Of a DNA stretch of 64,000 nucleotides, positions 31,955 to 41,179 are shown piece by piece. The stretch is from positions 40,468 through 104,467 of IMG/VR virus record IMGVR_UViG_3300008954_002609; one strand, given 5' to 3'. The DNA is from a virus. A program made the position numbers and the translations under genes. Numbering within the stretch: the stretch's first letter is position 1; each line of letters opens with the position of its first letter. The notes under the pieces are model-generated. The model was given only the letters and a program-made list of their open reading frames with translations, made no database searches and had not been told where the DNA came from.

Positions 31955-32965
31955 CTATACTAACACATCAAGTAAATTTTTGCAAGTATCTTTACTGTCG
32001 AACAAATAATCTTTTCTTGCTTTTCGGAATTCAGGATCCAAATCCGTTAAATTTAGGTAGGTAATCGCTGCTGCAAATTCAGCATGAGTGAACTTTTTGT
32101 TCATATCAACACAATAACCATACCTATATAGATAATCATGAGTCACCCTATAAGGTCTCTTGCTTCCGTTTCTAAATTCTGGCTTTATGTCAAAATTAAT
32201 TAATGGCACATTGTGCATCACACACTCTTCTACAGTTGTTGATCCAAAATTTATTGCTATGTCGCTTATCGATAACAATTCCTGGGTTGTATGAGGGTAC
32301 CAAGAATCGTCTAAGAAACAATAGTGACCGTTTGATTTAAGTGCTTGTTTCCAGGTAGAACTAACTGGGTCTTTTCCTCGACTTTTAAACAAAACTGTAT
32401 AGCCCATCATATCCAAACAGGCCATCAGGTTCGGAAAGTCTACATGTGCTTGGTCTCTTCCTTTAGGAGATATGAGTGTCGCAAACTTACCGTCTTTCGG
32501 CAAAGAGTATTTATTAAGAACACTTGATTTGTCGATTTCAATATCATATTTTGGTATCCCCAAATAAAGATTTTTATCCGTATGGAGATTATAATAATCT
32601 GCTATCGACCGACTAGGCATAAGCACATGATCTGCAACATCTATATAGTGTTTGTAACTTTCAATGAAGTCTGTTTGATAAGTGCAGACAACCTTCTTTG
32701 TATCCTTTGCTTTAGCAACAAAATTTACACCTGTTTTTTCATTTGAAAACAAGAGACCCTTTGCAGATTTTACATCTGCTATATCCTTAAATAATACGTT
32801 GTGATGAATGACAAGTTGCGCCAATACTGATTCATACTTGTGAGGACAATTATATTTGTGGGATGGTGCAATGTAAAAAACAGATTGAATACCCCTCTTG
32901 TTCCCCTCTATCACTAGTGGCATCCAGTACCTAAGATGCGTCATTTCCATTAACAAAAAATTCAT
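31955..32965 (-). CDS. GT-B fold transferase (CDP-glycerol glycerophosphotransferase/sialyltransferase-like)
   Basis: LGIPKYD, ELLSISDIAINFGSTTVEE..MHNVP. Confidence 0.6.
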   Translation of the reverse strand: MNFLLMEMTHLRYWMPLVIEGNKRGIQSVFYIAPSHKYNCPHKYESVLAQLVIHHNVLFKDIADVKSAKGLLFSNEKTGVNFVAKAKDTKKVVCTYQTDFIESYKHYIDVADHVLMPSRSIADYYNLHTDKNLYLGIPKYDIEIDKSSVLNKYSLPKDGKFATLISPKGRDQAHVDFPNLMACLDMMGYTVLFKSRGKDPVSSTWKQALKSNGHYCFLDDSWYPHTTQELLSISDIAINFGSTTVEECVMHNVPLINFDIKPEFRNGSKRPYRVTHDYLYRYGYCVDMNKKFTHAEFAAAITYLNLTDLDPEFRKARKDYLFDSKDTCKNLLDVLV

Positions 32966-33591
32966 TTTTCTATAATCTCCGCCAATACATAAATTCTACC
33001 TTTTATCGGATCTTTTAAAACAGAATAGTCACCAAATTCCAAGCCCGCCTGATTCAACATATCGGTAGTAAATAAATTGTCAGAATGACTCACACTATGT
33101 TGCATGTCCATTCCTTCAGGTATCGCTTCCTTAAAGTGTGGAATTAAATTAGTGCTACCCGCCGGCCAGGACTGCAATAATGTATCTGGACCCAAAGCCA
33201 CTATATTTCCGGTATTAAAGTCGAACATAACCCTCTTATTGTTTTGAACAGCATATTTTAGATTCCTTATCAAGCCTGACGATGATTGCACAAGATAGGC
33301 GAGCCTTAAACCTAAAACAAGATCATATCCCTTTATAGCGTTTTCCCATTTGTCGTGGACATCCCACTTGTTATTTATGGGGGGTTCGTCCTCATTCAAT
33401 ATATCATAGAAGTGGTGCTCAAGACCTTCAACTTGTATTTTTAGATTAATACATGAAAACATATCAGAATATTTCCCAATCTGTTGTTGTCCAAGCCAGG
33501 CGACCTTATTTCCTGGTTTTAGATTTTCATTTATATAGTCCCCAACCAAATGTGCATATTTGGGTATTATAAAGTGATCCGTCATTCCCAC
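32962..33591 (-). CDS. Hypothetical protein, possible methyltransferase fold
   Basis: VAWLG..., FYDI, YDLV pattern; inside the glycan cluster. Confidence 0.5.
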   Translation of the reverse strand: MGMTDHFIIPKYAHLVGDYINENLKPGNKVAWLGQQQIGKYSDMFSCINLKIQVEGLEHHFYDILNEDEPPINNKWDVHDKWENAIKGYDLVLGLRLAYLVQSSSGLIRNLKYAVQNNKRVMFDFNTGNIVALGPDTLLQSWPAGSTNLIPHFKEAIPEGMDMQHSVSHSDNLFTTDMLNQAGLEFGDYSVLKDPIKGRIYVLAEIIEK

Positions 33592-34298
33592 TATAAATCC
33601 TCCATAAATACAAACTCTATATCGTCTCTGTGCTGCAACAAAAAATCTATCAGCTCTTTTGTATGATTTTCGTGTAAATAATTTCTATCCCACTCGCAAG
33701 CATGATAAACTATGCCGCAGCTCTCTTTAATTTCCAGTGGGCGGTAAGGGGGAAACACGGTTGAATAATTAGACTTATACTCCTTGTCTTTCCCCTGGTA
33801 AGATTCGAGTGCATAGTCAATATCTGACACAGCAAACAGCTTGAACCCCTCTTCATTTAAAGCGTCCCAAGCTTGCGGTCCCATTCTCCACGCTGGTGGT
33901 CTAAATATTGGTTTGAACACTTCAGACAATCCTGCCTTCTCAACCCTATCCTTCATACTCTGAGCCCTCTTGATGGCATCTTCATAGGAGATGTCCAGAA
34001 ACTCGTTATTGTCGTTTTCCCACGGAATTCCGTGATAATATCCATGATAACATATTTCAAAATTAAAAGGGTTCAAGGATTTTAGAGTTTCACAGAAATC
34101 CGGGTGCTTCCAAATAACTAGCGGGTCCTTTGTTTGGACCCCTAATCTCATGGTCCTCCAATAGGCAATCGGCACAAAAAGACTAATCTTGATGTCCGGA
34201 AAGGCGGATATCAGCTCCATACACCTGTCCAAAACCTTTACAGACGCCATCGGGTGAGGAGAGACATCATCAATACTTATATTAACCCTATACTTCAA
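33591..34298 (-). CDS. Polysaccharide deacetylase (CE4/DUF2334-like)
   Basis: ISIDDV, EICYHGYYH, FRPPAW, VYH. Confidence 0.8.
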   Translation of the reverse strand: MKYRVNISIDDVSPHPMASVKVLDRCMELISAFPDIKISLFVPIAYWRTMRLGVQTKDPLVIWKHPDFCETLKSLNPFNFEICYHGYYHGIPWENDNNEFLDISYEDAIKRAQSMKDRVEKAGLSEVFKPIFRPPAWRMGPQAWDALNEEGFKLFAVSDIDYALESYQGKDKEYKSNYSTVFPPYRPLEIKESCGIVYHACEWDRNYLHENHTKELIDFLLQHRDDIEFVFMEDL

Positions 34299-35196
34299 TT
34301 TTTAATTCGTCCATAAAGTCACCTAATAACACGTCAAACACCTTACGATCTTTGTCGCGCAAATACTCCTCATTGCGATAATAGTCTACCATGTCTTTTC
34401 CAAAAAGCTTTTCAAATTTTGTAGAGATCTCTTTTACATCTGCTTTGCTTTTCCACGAATTCAGGAACGAAGAGTCTTCTTTTCTAATGTAATTGTATTC
34501 TCCAGGGCCGAGAACCTCGCCGTGGCGAGGACAATGAAGAACACTTTCCTGCCCCCTTCTAATCTTAAGCTCCTTGACCTCCACCTTCTCCGTTCCGCAA
34601 ACATTACACTTTTCCATAACAGCTAGATCTTCATTTTTGATAGTTTTAACACCCAAACAATCATAAATTCTCTGTAACTCAAAATCGGTGCTGTTAAAAA
34701 AATGTTCAAAACTCACTATATTATCTCTTTTGCTGTCAAAATTCTGAGCCAATTCATACAACGATGACATGAAGGTCACCTTAAACCACTCAAAAACCTG
34801 ATCTTTCGAAATGTTTCTTCCATATCTGCTGTCTCCGTATTCTTTCCATTTCCTGATCCAAGTGTAATAGAAAGAAACAGGATTTCGAAAAATGTAAAGC
34901 ACGGGAATTTCCGGATGGAATGCTCTGTGATAGTTTACCCTCTTGAGTGGCGGTTTGTTTAAAATGACCCATTCACTATTCTTTACATCCTTTTTCGGAT
35001 GCAATTGCTCAGGGTTCAGATTTGGCAATACCTTCTTAGATAGGAAATTCTTTAATTCTCTTTTTGAGGTGCCGCCTTGGCTTCGAAATGCGCTCTCCTT
35101 GAGTGTCACTATATTTTCGTGCCCTTGAAGCTTATGCAAAACATAGTGCGATCCGATTCCGCCGCTGGCAGTTATAAGGGCTGCTATTTTTGGCAA
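34288..35196 (-). CDS. Sulfotransferase-like protein with zinc-ribbon insertion
   Basis: Degenerate P-loop (TASGGIGSH), IFRNPVS, VSFEHF; CNVC...CPRH insert; TTG start with GAGGAG RBS. Confidence 0.55.
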   Translation of the reverse strand: MPKIAALITASGGIGSHYVLHKLQGHENIVTLKESAFRSQGGTSKRELKNFLSKKVLPNLNPEQLHPKKDVKNSEWVILNKPPLKRVNYHRAFHPEIPVLYIFRNPVSFYYTWIRKWKEYGDSRYGRNISKDQVFEWFKVTFMSSLYELAQNFDSKRDNIVSFEHFFNSTDFELQRIYDCLGVKTIKNEDLAVMEKCNVCGTEKVEVKELKIRRGQESVLHCPRHGEVLGPGEYNYIRKEDSSFLNSWKSKADVKEISTKFEKLFGKDMVDYYRNEEYLRDKDRKVFDVLLGDFMDELKIEV

Positions 35197-36107
35197 GATA
35201 AAGCCTCCTCTATTATGTTAATATATTTATTAACCACGCCTGAATTATCCTCAGTATATTCCATAACCCTGCTCTTATATTTATCATACTCGGAAAGCAC
35301 ACTTCTAATAGATGACATCATCTGTTCAAAAGAAGAAAATCCTATTCCATAATCAGAGCAGTAGTTGTCTATGCTTCCACCATCTAAATGATAGACTACT
35401 GGGAGACCAGCCGCCATAGCCTCCAGTACATGATTGGCTCCAGCCTCCTCAATCGAAGCAGTTATGTATATATCGTGTTTTGGGAGTTCTTTGGAAAGCT
35501 CATCTGCTCCAATGGGAGTTATATGATTCCTTATTTTGGTTCCCTCTGGCATTCTTCCTATGTAGGTAAATTCAAAGTCACCGAAGGCATCTATATGCTC
35601 CTGTAATTCCTCATATATATGAAATCCCTTTTTTGGATTCATGGACCAGTGATGAGTAACTATTCTAGGGGTGCGGGATGAGTCGAATTCCGACCTCTTA
35701 TGATTGTGAAAGATCGGCATTGGAGCGTTGTGCACCACAGAATGATTGTCTCCTGTGAAGCCTATCCAGTCCCTAGCCCATTCACTAGGAAAGATAAAGT
35801 AATCCGAAAACTGCAAAGTCTGTTTCACCAGACTCGTCAACTCCGGTTTACTGTGTGTTCCGAGATCTCCTACTCTTTGCACTATCTTTGTTTTTGGGTT
35901 ACTTTGTTTGTAGTTTACAAAGTCTTGGTACCACTCTCTAGCCTGATTGGGTCGTGGGTCTATACAGAATATAACATCTATGCCTTTTTCAAGGCGGAAT
36001 ACAACGTCGTGGCCGGCATCCTTCAGGGAGTCGACTAACTTGTTTACAGTTTTTATTCCGCCGCCCCAGGGACCAAGTTTCGGCTCTCGATTGATGTAGA
36101 CCTTCAT
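35184..36107 (-). CDS. Glycosyltransferase family 4 (GT-B)
   Basis: GPWGGG, EAGANHVLEAMAAGLPVV; start moved to 36107 (ATGA overlap). Confidence 0.88.
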   Translation of the reverse strand: MKVYINREPKLGPWGGGIKTVNKLVDSLKDAGHDVVFRLEKGIDVIFCIDPRPNQAREWYQDFVNYKQSNPKTKIVQRVGDLGTHSKPELTSLVKQTLQFSDYFIFPSEWARDWIGFTGDNHSVVHNAPMPIFHNHKRSEFDSSRTPRIVTHHWSMNPKKGFHIYEELQEHIDAFGDFEFTYIGRMPEGTKIRNHITPIGADELSKELPKHDIYITASIEEAGANHVLEAMAAGLPVVYHLDGGSIDNYCSDYGIGFSSFEQMMSSIRSVLSEYDKYKSRVMEYTEDNSGVVNKYINIIEEALSCQK

Positions 36108-37030
36108 ACAGGAATGCCTATCATATTCGGAGGATTCTTTAGTTTTATCCATGCCCCATTGTCGTCAATAGGGAGATTCCAGCCAATTGATTCCGAGATA
36201 TCTTCTATCGAAACAGGAGTATCACCCCCTCCAAGACTCTCTACAACATCAGCATAATCATGTATCTTGTAGTATTTTACTCCGGACTCATCCTTTGGCG
36301 GTGCCCAGTAATCTCCATACCTCATGATGCCACGGACGCGGGCGTTACCCCCCTTTTCGTTAAAGATGCCAACTGATACAGGTACCACAGGTGCACAATA
36401 AAAGACGGTCATACCCTTGGCTTTTAAAACTTCTTCTATCTTTTTAAGCATCTTAGTCTCTGAGTCTTCGCCTCCTTCATGAGCCGAATTGTCGGTATCC
36501 CAAGGATATATTAGATCTAGCATTTCCTTAGAAACCATGCAGTTCATCGCGCCCATAACCGGATTGCGATTATAGTGATACAAGAATTTAAACTCGTCGT
36601 TCCCGAGAGTATTTGAGTATGTTCCTGCCTGATTCCTCACTCTCCTCTGAGCATCAAAAGAGATACAACCAGTAGTGTCTTCATATTTTTCGAAGAAATC
36701 AACATACTCCTTTAGCCAACCACCCTTCACAACAAATTGAACATCTGCTGGAATAAGAGATACATATTTCCCTGTTGCATTCTCGGTTGCAATATTTAGA
36801 GCCTTCGCATATTCGTTTGATGGATCTCTCTCTTGTTGCCTAAATACCTTGAATCCCCTTTCTTTCAGCTCCTCTAAGTACTCGTCTGTACCTTCCTCTG
36901 TCGAAGCGTTATCAACAACTATGATTTCTTTTTCAGAATAATCCTCGGTGCACTCTAAAAAAGACTCCAAACAACTTCTCAAATAATGAAGTCTATTACA
37001 ATTTATAAATCCAAAAGTTACTTTTATCAT
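36104..37030 (-). CDS. Glycosyltransferase family 2
   Basis: INCNR, IIVVDNAST, ALN, GGED. Confidence 0.85.
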   Translation of the reverse strand: MIKVTFGFINCNRLHYLRSCLESFLECTEDYSEKEIIVVDNASTEEGTDEYLEELKERGFKVFRQQERDPSNEYAKALNIATENATGKYVSLIPADVQFVVKGGWLKEYVDFFEKYEDTTGCISFDAQRRVRNQAGTYSNTLGNDEFKFLYHYNRNPVMGAMNCMVSKEMLDLIYPWDTDNSAHEGGEDSETKMLKKIEEVLKAKGMTVFYCAPVVPVSVGIFNEKGGNARVRGIMRYGDYWAPPKDESGVKYYKIHDYADVVESLGGGDTPVSIEDISESIGWNLPIDDNGAWIKLKNPPNMIGIPV

Positions 37031-37806
37031 TCTTTTTCCTTTTTCTCTTTTTCTGATTCTAGTGGCTCATCTAATTTCTGTTCTTCTTTTCTTCCCTTTT
37101 CCGATCTCTCTTTTAACTGTTCTTCTGTCAAAGGGACCCCTTCTGGGTCGGTGCTAGGCACCAACTCAACCTCTGATCTCCTATATATCAGAACTGGCTC
37201 ATGACCGGGGTGGACTGCGTCCGTAGCAACCCACTCTGGGTTTGCTTCCAGGAATTCATCAATGGCGGGCTTAACTCCCTTCTTTTCTGGATGCTCCGTG
37301 CCCTCCCTCTTTGTTGCCAGCTCATTATCTTCATAACCTGGTAATTCCGAGAAGTACTCGTCTTTATTCGCCCACCTGTCGGAATAATCATCAAATATTA
37401 TGACTCCGCCAGGTTTAAGGAGCTTTGGAATATATTTAAATTCTTCTGTAACGGTATAATAATTGTGATCCCCGTCCACCAGAATTACGTCAAACATCCC
37501 TGGATACGAGTTTGACTCCATCCACGATGCGAATTCCGGTAAAATATTGAGACTTGAATTTTCGTAAAAAAGAATGACTTGATTCTCCTCATCAACTTCC
37601 TTCTTCATCAATTCAAGATTCACATGCAAATTGTCCTGAAACTTTATATCCACACCTACGATCATGAAGTCTTCATGGTTGTTTATTAAATAACTTGTCA
37701 AGGGGACAAACATTTGACCCTTATCAACGCCCACCTCCATTACGGTTGGTTGTTCCAGGGCGGCTAACTTGCTTTTTATAAAATCATAATATCCCCAATA
37801 AGCCAT
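37027..37806 (-). CDS. Class I SAM methyltransferase (Methyltransf_24-like)
   Basis: MEVGVDKG, VDGDHNY, LKPGGVIIFDD. Confidence 0.85.
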   Translation of the reverse strand: MAYWGYYDFIKSKLAALEQPTVMEVGVDKGQMFVPLTSYLINNHEDFMIVGVDIKFQDNLHVNLELMKKEVDEENQVILFYENSSLNILPEFASWMESNSYPGMFDVILVDGDHNYYTVTEEFKYIPKLLKPGGVIIFDDYSDRWANKDEYFSELPGYEDNELATKREGTEHPEKKGVKPAIDEFLEANPEWVATDAVHPGHEPVLIYRRSEVELVPSTDPEGVPLTEEQLKERSEKGRKEEQKLDEPLESEKEKKEKE

Positions 37807-37807
37807 A

Positions 37808-37879
37808 CTAATACCTCTCCTTTTCTAAAATTTCTTGTATATTTGCGCCCACAGCATGAACTATCTTTTTATCTTTCAA
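37808..37879 (-). pseudogene. Internally deleted remnant of a UDP-GlcNAc 2-epimerase (WecB/NeuC-type) gene
   Basis: 23-aa micro-ORF (TTG)MKDKKIVHAVGA-NIQEILEKERY with GGAG RBS, filling the gap between two genes; the first half matches the KIxHxVGA(RP) N-terminus of these epimerases. Confidence 0.5.
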
Positions 37880-38831
37880 TTAAGCTTTCTCCCACTTTCA
37901 AACTCACCCCTGGTGTGCTTGCCCACTCGTCTGCCCACATCTCGATGCCATCTAGGGAGACTCTTTCCAGCCAAACACACTTAAAGCCTGCAACTTTGAC
38001 CAACACCCCTTTTCCCTTGACCACTGCACATATCAAGCCTGGTGACCCGTGAACCTTACAAATATCTGTAGACGTTTGCCACAGGCTCAGTTTACCAAAC
38101 CTTGTTTCCACAAATGCTCCTGGGTAGGGGTGAGTTAGTGCTCTGACATAGTCGTTTATTTTTGTGGCGGACCATGACAAATCTATTTTACCATCTTCTG
38201 GAGATCTTTTATAGTATCTTGTTGCCAGCGCCTTGTCTTGCGGTAGTTTAATCTCAAGTCTATTGGCTATTTTTGGGATCGCCATCCGGACCATATCTAC
38301 TGCGGTTTGATCTACTTTATGATAAATCGTCCTAATATTGTCTCTTGGTTCGATAACAAAAGATCGGAACTCTAACACTGCGCCAGTATCAGTCTTCTCT
38401 TCCATAATGAATAGACTATTTCCCCAGGGTACCGGGTTACCGTCACTTTCTAATATTTTCCAGTTAAGCACAGCGGCTCCGCGGCCCACTGGAAGAGGGG
38501 ATGGGTGAATACCCAAGCAATATCTTTTTGGTATTTTCAATATATTGGATTTAAATATTTGAGACCAGCCGCACTGTATTATTACATCCGGATTCTGTTG
38601 TCTTATCCACTCTTCTGTCTCTTTATTGTTTATATCTTTTGTGAAAAATGGATCACATATATCTCCCAGACTATCATAGTTTGATTTTGACAACCCCAAG
38701 TCAGGATGAAGGTTGACTGCTCCGACAAAATTTGATTCTTCTTTTGCGCATTGAATAACTTTTCTTGCGAGTGGGGTGCACCCAATGATTAGGGTTCTTA
38801 GGTCTGGGATGTTAGGATTTTTGTTGCCCAT
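37869..38831 (-). CDS. Formyltransferase, FMT/ArnA-N-like (two-domain)
   Basis: GIHPSPLPVGRGAAVLNW, DTGAV, VRALTHPYPGAF. Confidence 0.88.
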   Translation of the reverse strand: MGNKNPNIPDLRTLIIGCTPLARKVIQCAKEESNFVGAVNLHPDLGLSKSNYDSLGDICDPFFTKDINNKETEEWIRQQNPDVIIQCGWSQIFKSNILKIPKRYCLGIHPSPLPVGRGAAVLNWKILESDGNPVPWGNSLFIMEEKTDTGAVLEFRSFVIEPRDNIRTIYHKVDQTAVDMVRMAIPKIANRLEIKLPQDKALATRYYKRSPEDGKIDLSWSATKINDYVRALTHPYPGAFVETRFGKLSLWQTSTDICKVHGSPGLICAVVKGKGVLVKVAGFKCVWLERVSLDGIEMWADEWASTPGVSLKVGESLIER

Positions 38832-39355
38832 CGATTTGCTATCTCCTTATGACCAGCGTTCGTAAAATGAACGCCATCGATATAATGCTCTTCGACTCCG
38901 GACATATCACACATGTCCAGCCCGAGGTCAGCAGATAGCCTCACTATAACATCATTGTATGAATTAATCAAGTGAGAATTTTTATAATATAAGGGAGTCA
39001 TGCCCAACTTCGGAAGAGTCGAGATAATGATGTGCATACCGTGAATCTTGCATATGTCAATTATTTGACGCAAATTGTCTTCATAGATCTCTGGTGGGAT
39101 TGCCTTTTGTGTATCATTTGTGCCAATCATAATAAAAGCAATGTTGGCAACCTTGTGGGCAGAAGCCGCTCTCCAAGTTCTTTTGAGAAGATCAACACTT
39201 GTTTCTCCACTTATTCCGTAATTGTGACAAATGTAGACTTCTCCAGTCTTCTCCTTCATTATCTTTGATAATTCAATAGTGGGAGATCTAGCATATTCGT
39301 CTCTTGCTCCGTATGTGATGGAGTCTCCCAAGCAAACTATTTCATTCCAAATCAT
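38798..39355 (-). CDS. SGNH/GDSL hydrolase (acetylesterase/acyltransferase)
   Basis: GDSIT, GISGET, GTND, DGVH blocks. Confidence 0.9.
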   Translation of the reverse strand: MIWNEIVCLGDSITYGARDEYARSPTIELSKIMKEKTGEVYICHNYGISGETSVDLLKRTWRAASAHKVANIAFIMIGTNDTQKAIPPEIYEDNLRQIIDICKIHGMHIIISTLPKLGMTPLYYKNSHLINSYNDVIVRLSADLGLDMCDMSGVEEHYIDGVHFTNAGHKEIANRWATKILTSQT

Positions 39356-39374
39356 TCAAAAAACCTCCTATAAC

Positions 39375-40235
39375 CTATTTCAAACTACTGATATATTCTA
39401 AAAGCGGAGCAGCCGCTTCTTCTGGGTGTTGCCAATCCCAAGAAAACTTAAATTGCTCATGTGTCTTCCTTATTAAATCTTCGAATTCTTCTTCCTTGTC
39501 TTCAAACTCTTCAACGTAAGCCAGCTTAGTCAGCGGGGTCCACTCCACCAATAATGCATCTATCTTCTTGTAAAACCCCGTCTCAAATAGCTTCGAAATA
39601 ATATCATATTCGGTGCCCTCTATGTCTAGCTTTAAAATCACAAATTCTTTTTTAAGGTCTAGGCTTTCCTTCATCCAGGAAACTAAATCAACCGATTCAA
39701 CGTCAACCGAATCGTACAAGAGATGTTCATTTTTAAAAAATCCGGTGCGTATGAGTTTTCTAAATATCTCTCCGTTGATTGGAGTGAATGCAGAAAGCCT
39801 CTCATCTTCCTTTTCGAGTTCTTCTTGTTCCTCCAGATTCTCATTCATTCTATATTTTAAATCTACATACATCTTCTTTCCTGGATTGTTGGGGTCGGGT
39901 AGACATACTGCGATTTGGCCAAAGAACCCTATTTGCTTTATAATCGATTCTTTAAATCTATGAAGAGAGGACCCAGTTCTTGACCCCCAGTTTTGCAGAT
40001 AAAACTTCTTTTTAGATTTTTCTATATCAACTGCGTTGTTGTGAACCGTTAGCGTTCCTTTTTCAATTAATTCAGAATTTGCTTCTTCTATGGCTTTTGA
40101 AAGTTTCGGATTTGCCTCAAAACAGTCAATCTTCAATTCACATCCTGGTATAGGAGAGAGGTACCTCCAAGCCCATTGGGCTGACTGTCCAATATTTGCG
40201 CCGCAGTCAATAAATCTAATTATTTTCTTTTTCAT
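39375..40235 (-). CDS. FkbM-family methyltransferase
   Basis: FIDCGANIGQ, FEANP, LKLDIEGTEY; start moved to 40235 (ATGA overlap). Confidence 0.85.
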   Translation of the reverse strand: MKKKIIRFIDCGANIGQSAQWAWRYLSPIPGCELKIDCFEANPKLSKAIEEANSELIEKGTLTVHNNAVDIEKSKKKFYLQNWGSRTGSSLHRFKESIIKQIGFFGQIAVCLPDPNNPGKKMYVDLKYRMNENLEEQEELEKEDERLSAFTPINGEIFRKLIRTGFFKNEHLLYDSVDVESVDLVSWMKESLDLKKEFVILKLDIEGTEYDIISKLFETGFYKKIDALLVEWTPLTKLAYVEEFEDKEEEFEDLIRKTHEQFKFSWDWQHPEEAAAPLLEYISSLK

Positions 40236-41179
40236 AATCTGTAATGTTCTTTCATCCACTGGACCGTTTCCCACACACCCTCTTCCAAGGTGACAGTGTT
40301 CTTGTGGTCCAGATCCATCACAGATTTTGATGCATCTACATGCTTATGTTTTGTTGTTAATATTTCCGAATGTTCTCGGTAATCAACTAGCGAGGGGTCT
40401 GCTTTTGTGTACTTTACTAACGTCTCAGCCAAAAGCTCAATAGTGTGCTCTTGATCTGAAGCTATATTATATGTTTTTCCGTCAATGAAGTTGTCTGCAA
40501 TATTAGCCAATGTTCTTACACTGTCATAGATATATGTGCTAGTCCTAGTATGCCCTTTAAAGACGGTTATGGGCTTTCCGTGCAGAAGATTGTAGGTGAA
40601 CAAGCAGTTTACACTTCGAAAGGGGTGAAACCATTCGCCGGGACCATATGTGTTGAAGAACCTTACCAACACAGTTTCTGTCCCAAAGTGCTCCCTGGAA
40701 TTGTGAACCTGCATCTCGTTAACCCTCTTACTCATCGCATAATCATTCATTTGAATAATAGGGGTCTGACTTAAGACGTCTTCGTACATAACACCCTCAT
40801 AATCACCGTAAACCTCTGATGAAGAACAATGGACAAGCTTAAATTTATGTTTTTCCTGAAGCCTAATAATGTGCTTCATTCCTATAACGTTTGATTTCCA
40901 AACCTTTTCATAGAAGTTTTCGCCATTCCAGCGACCGAATTCCGCTGCACAGTTGTAGACCAGGTCTGGTTTAACGTACTCTATGATCTGTTCTATTTGC
41001 CTAAACTCTCCAATATCACATCGAAAGTAGTTGTCGTCAGCAACTTTACCTAGACCGTGACCATAATTCCTATTAGTATGATAGAGGTCAACACCAAAAA
41101 CTTCATGTCCTCTAATTTTTAATATCTCTTCGAGCTTGCTGCCGATTACTCCCAAGACACCTGTAACTAAAATCTTCAC
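40232..41179 (-). CDS. NAD-dependent nucleotide-sugar epimerase/dehydratase
   Basis: TGVLGVIG, SSSEVYG, YAMSK, RFFNTYGPGE. Confidence 0.9.
   Translation of the reverse strand: MKILVTGVLGVIGSKLEEILKIRGHEVFGVDLYHTNRNYGHGLGKVADDNYFRCDIGEFRQIEQIIEYVKPDLVYNCAAEFGRWNGENFYEKVWKSNVIGMKHIIRLQEKHKFKLVHCSSSEVYGDYEGVMYEDVLSQTPIIQMNDYAMSKRVNEMQVHNSREHFGTETVLVRFFNTYGPGEWFHPFRSVNCLFTYNLLHGKPITVFKGHTRTSTYIYDSVRTLANIADNFIDGKTYNIASDQEHTIELLAETLVKYTKADPSLVDYREHSEILTTKHKHVDASKSVMDLDHKNTVTLEEGVWETVQWMKEHYRL

Noticed and set aside
37869-38831. Methionyl-tRNA formyltransferase (fmt)
   Set aside because: The fold matches, but the sugar-cluster context and HPYPGAF (ArnA-like) motif favour a sugar formyltransferase.
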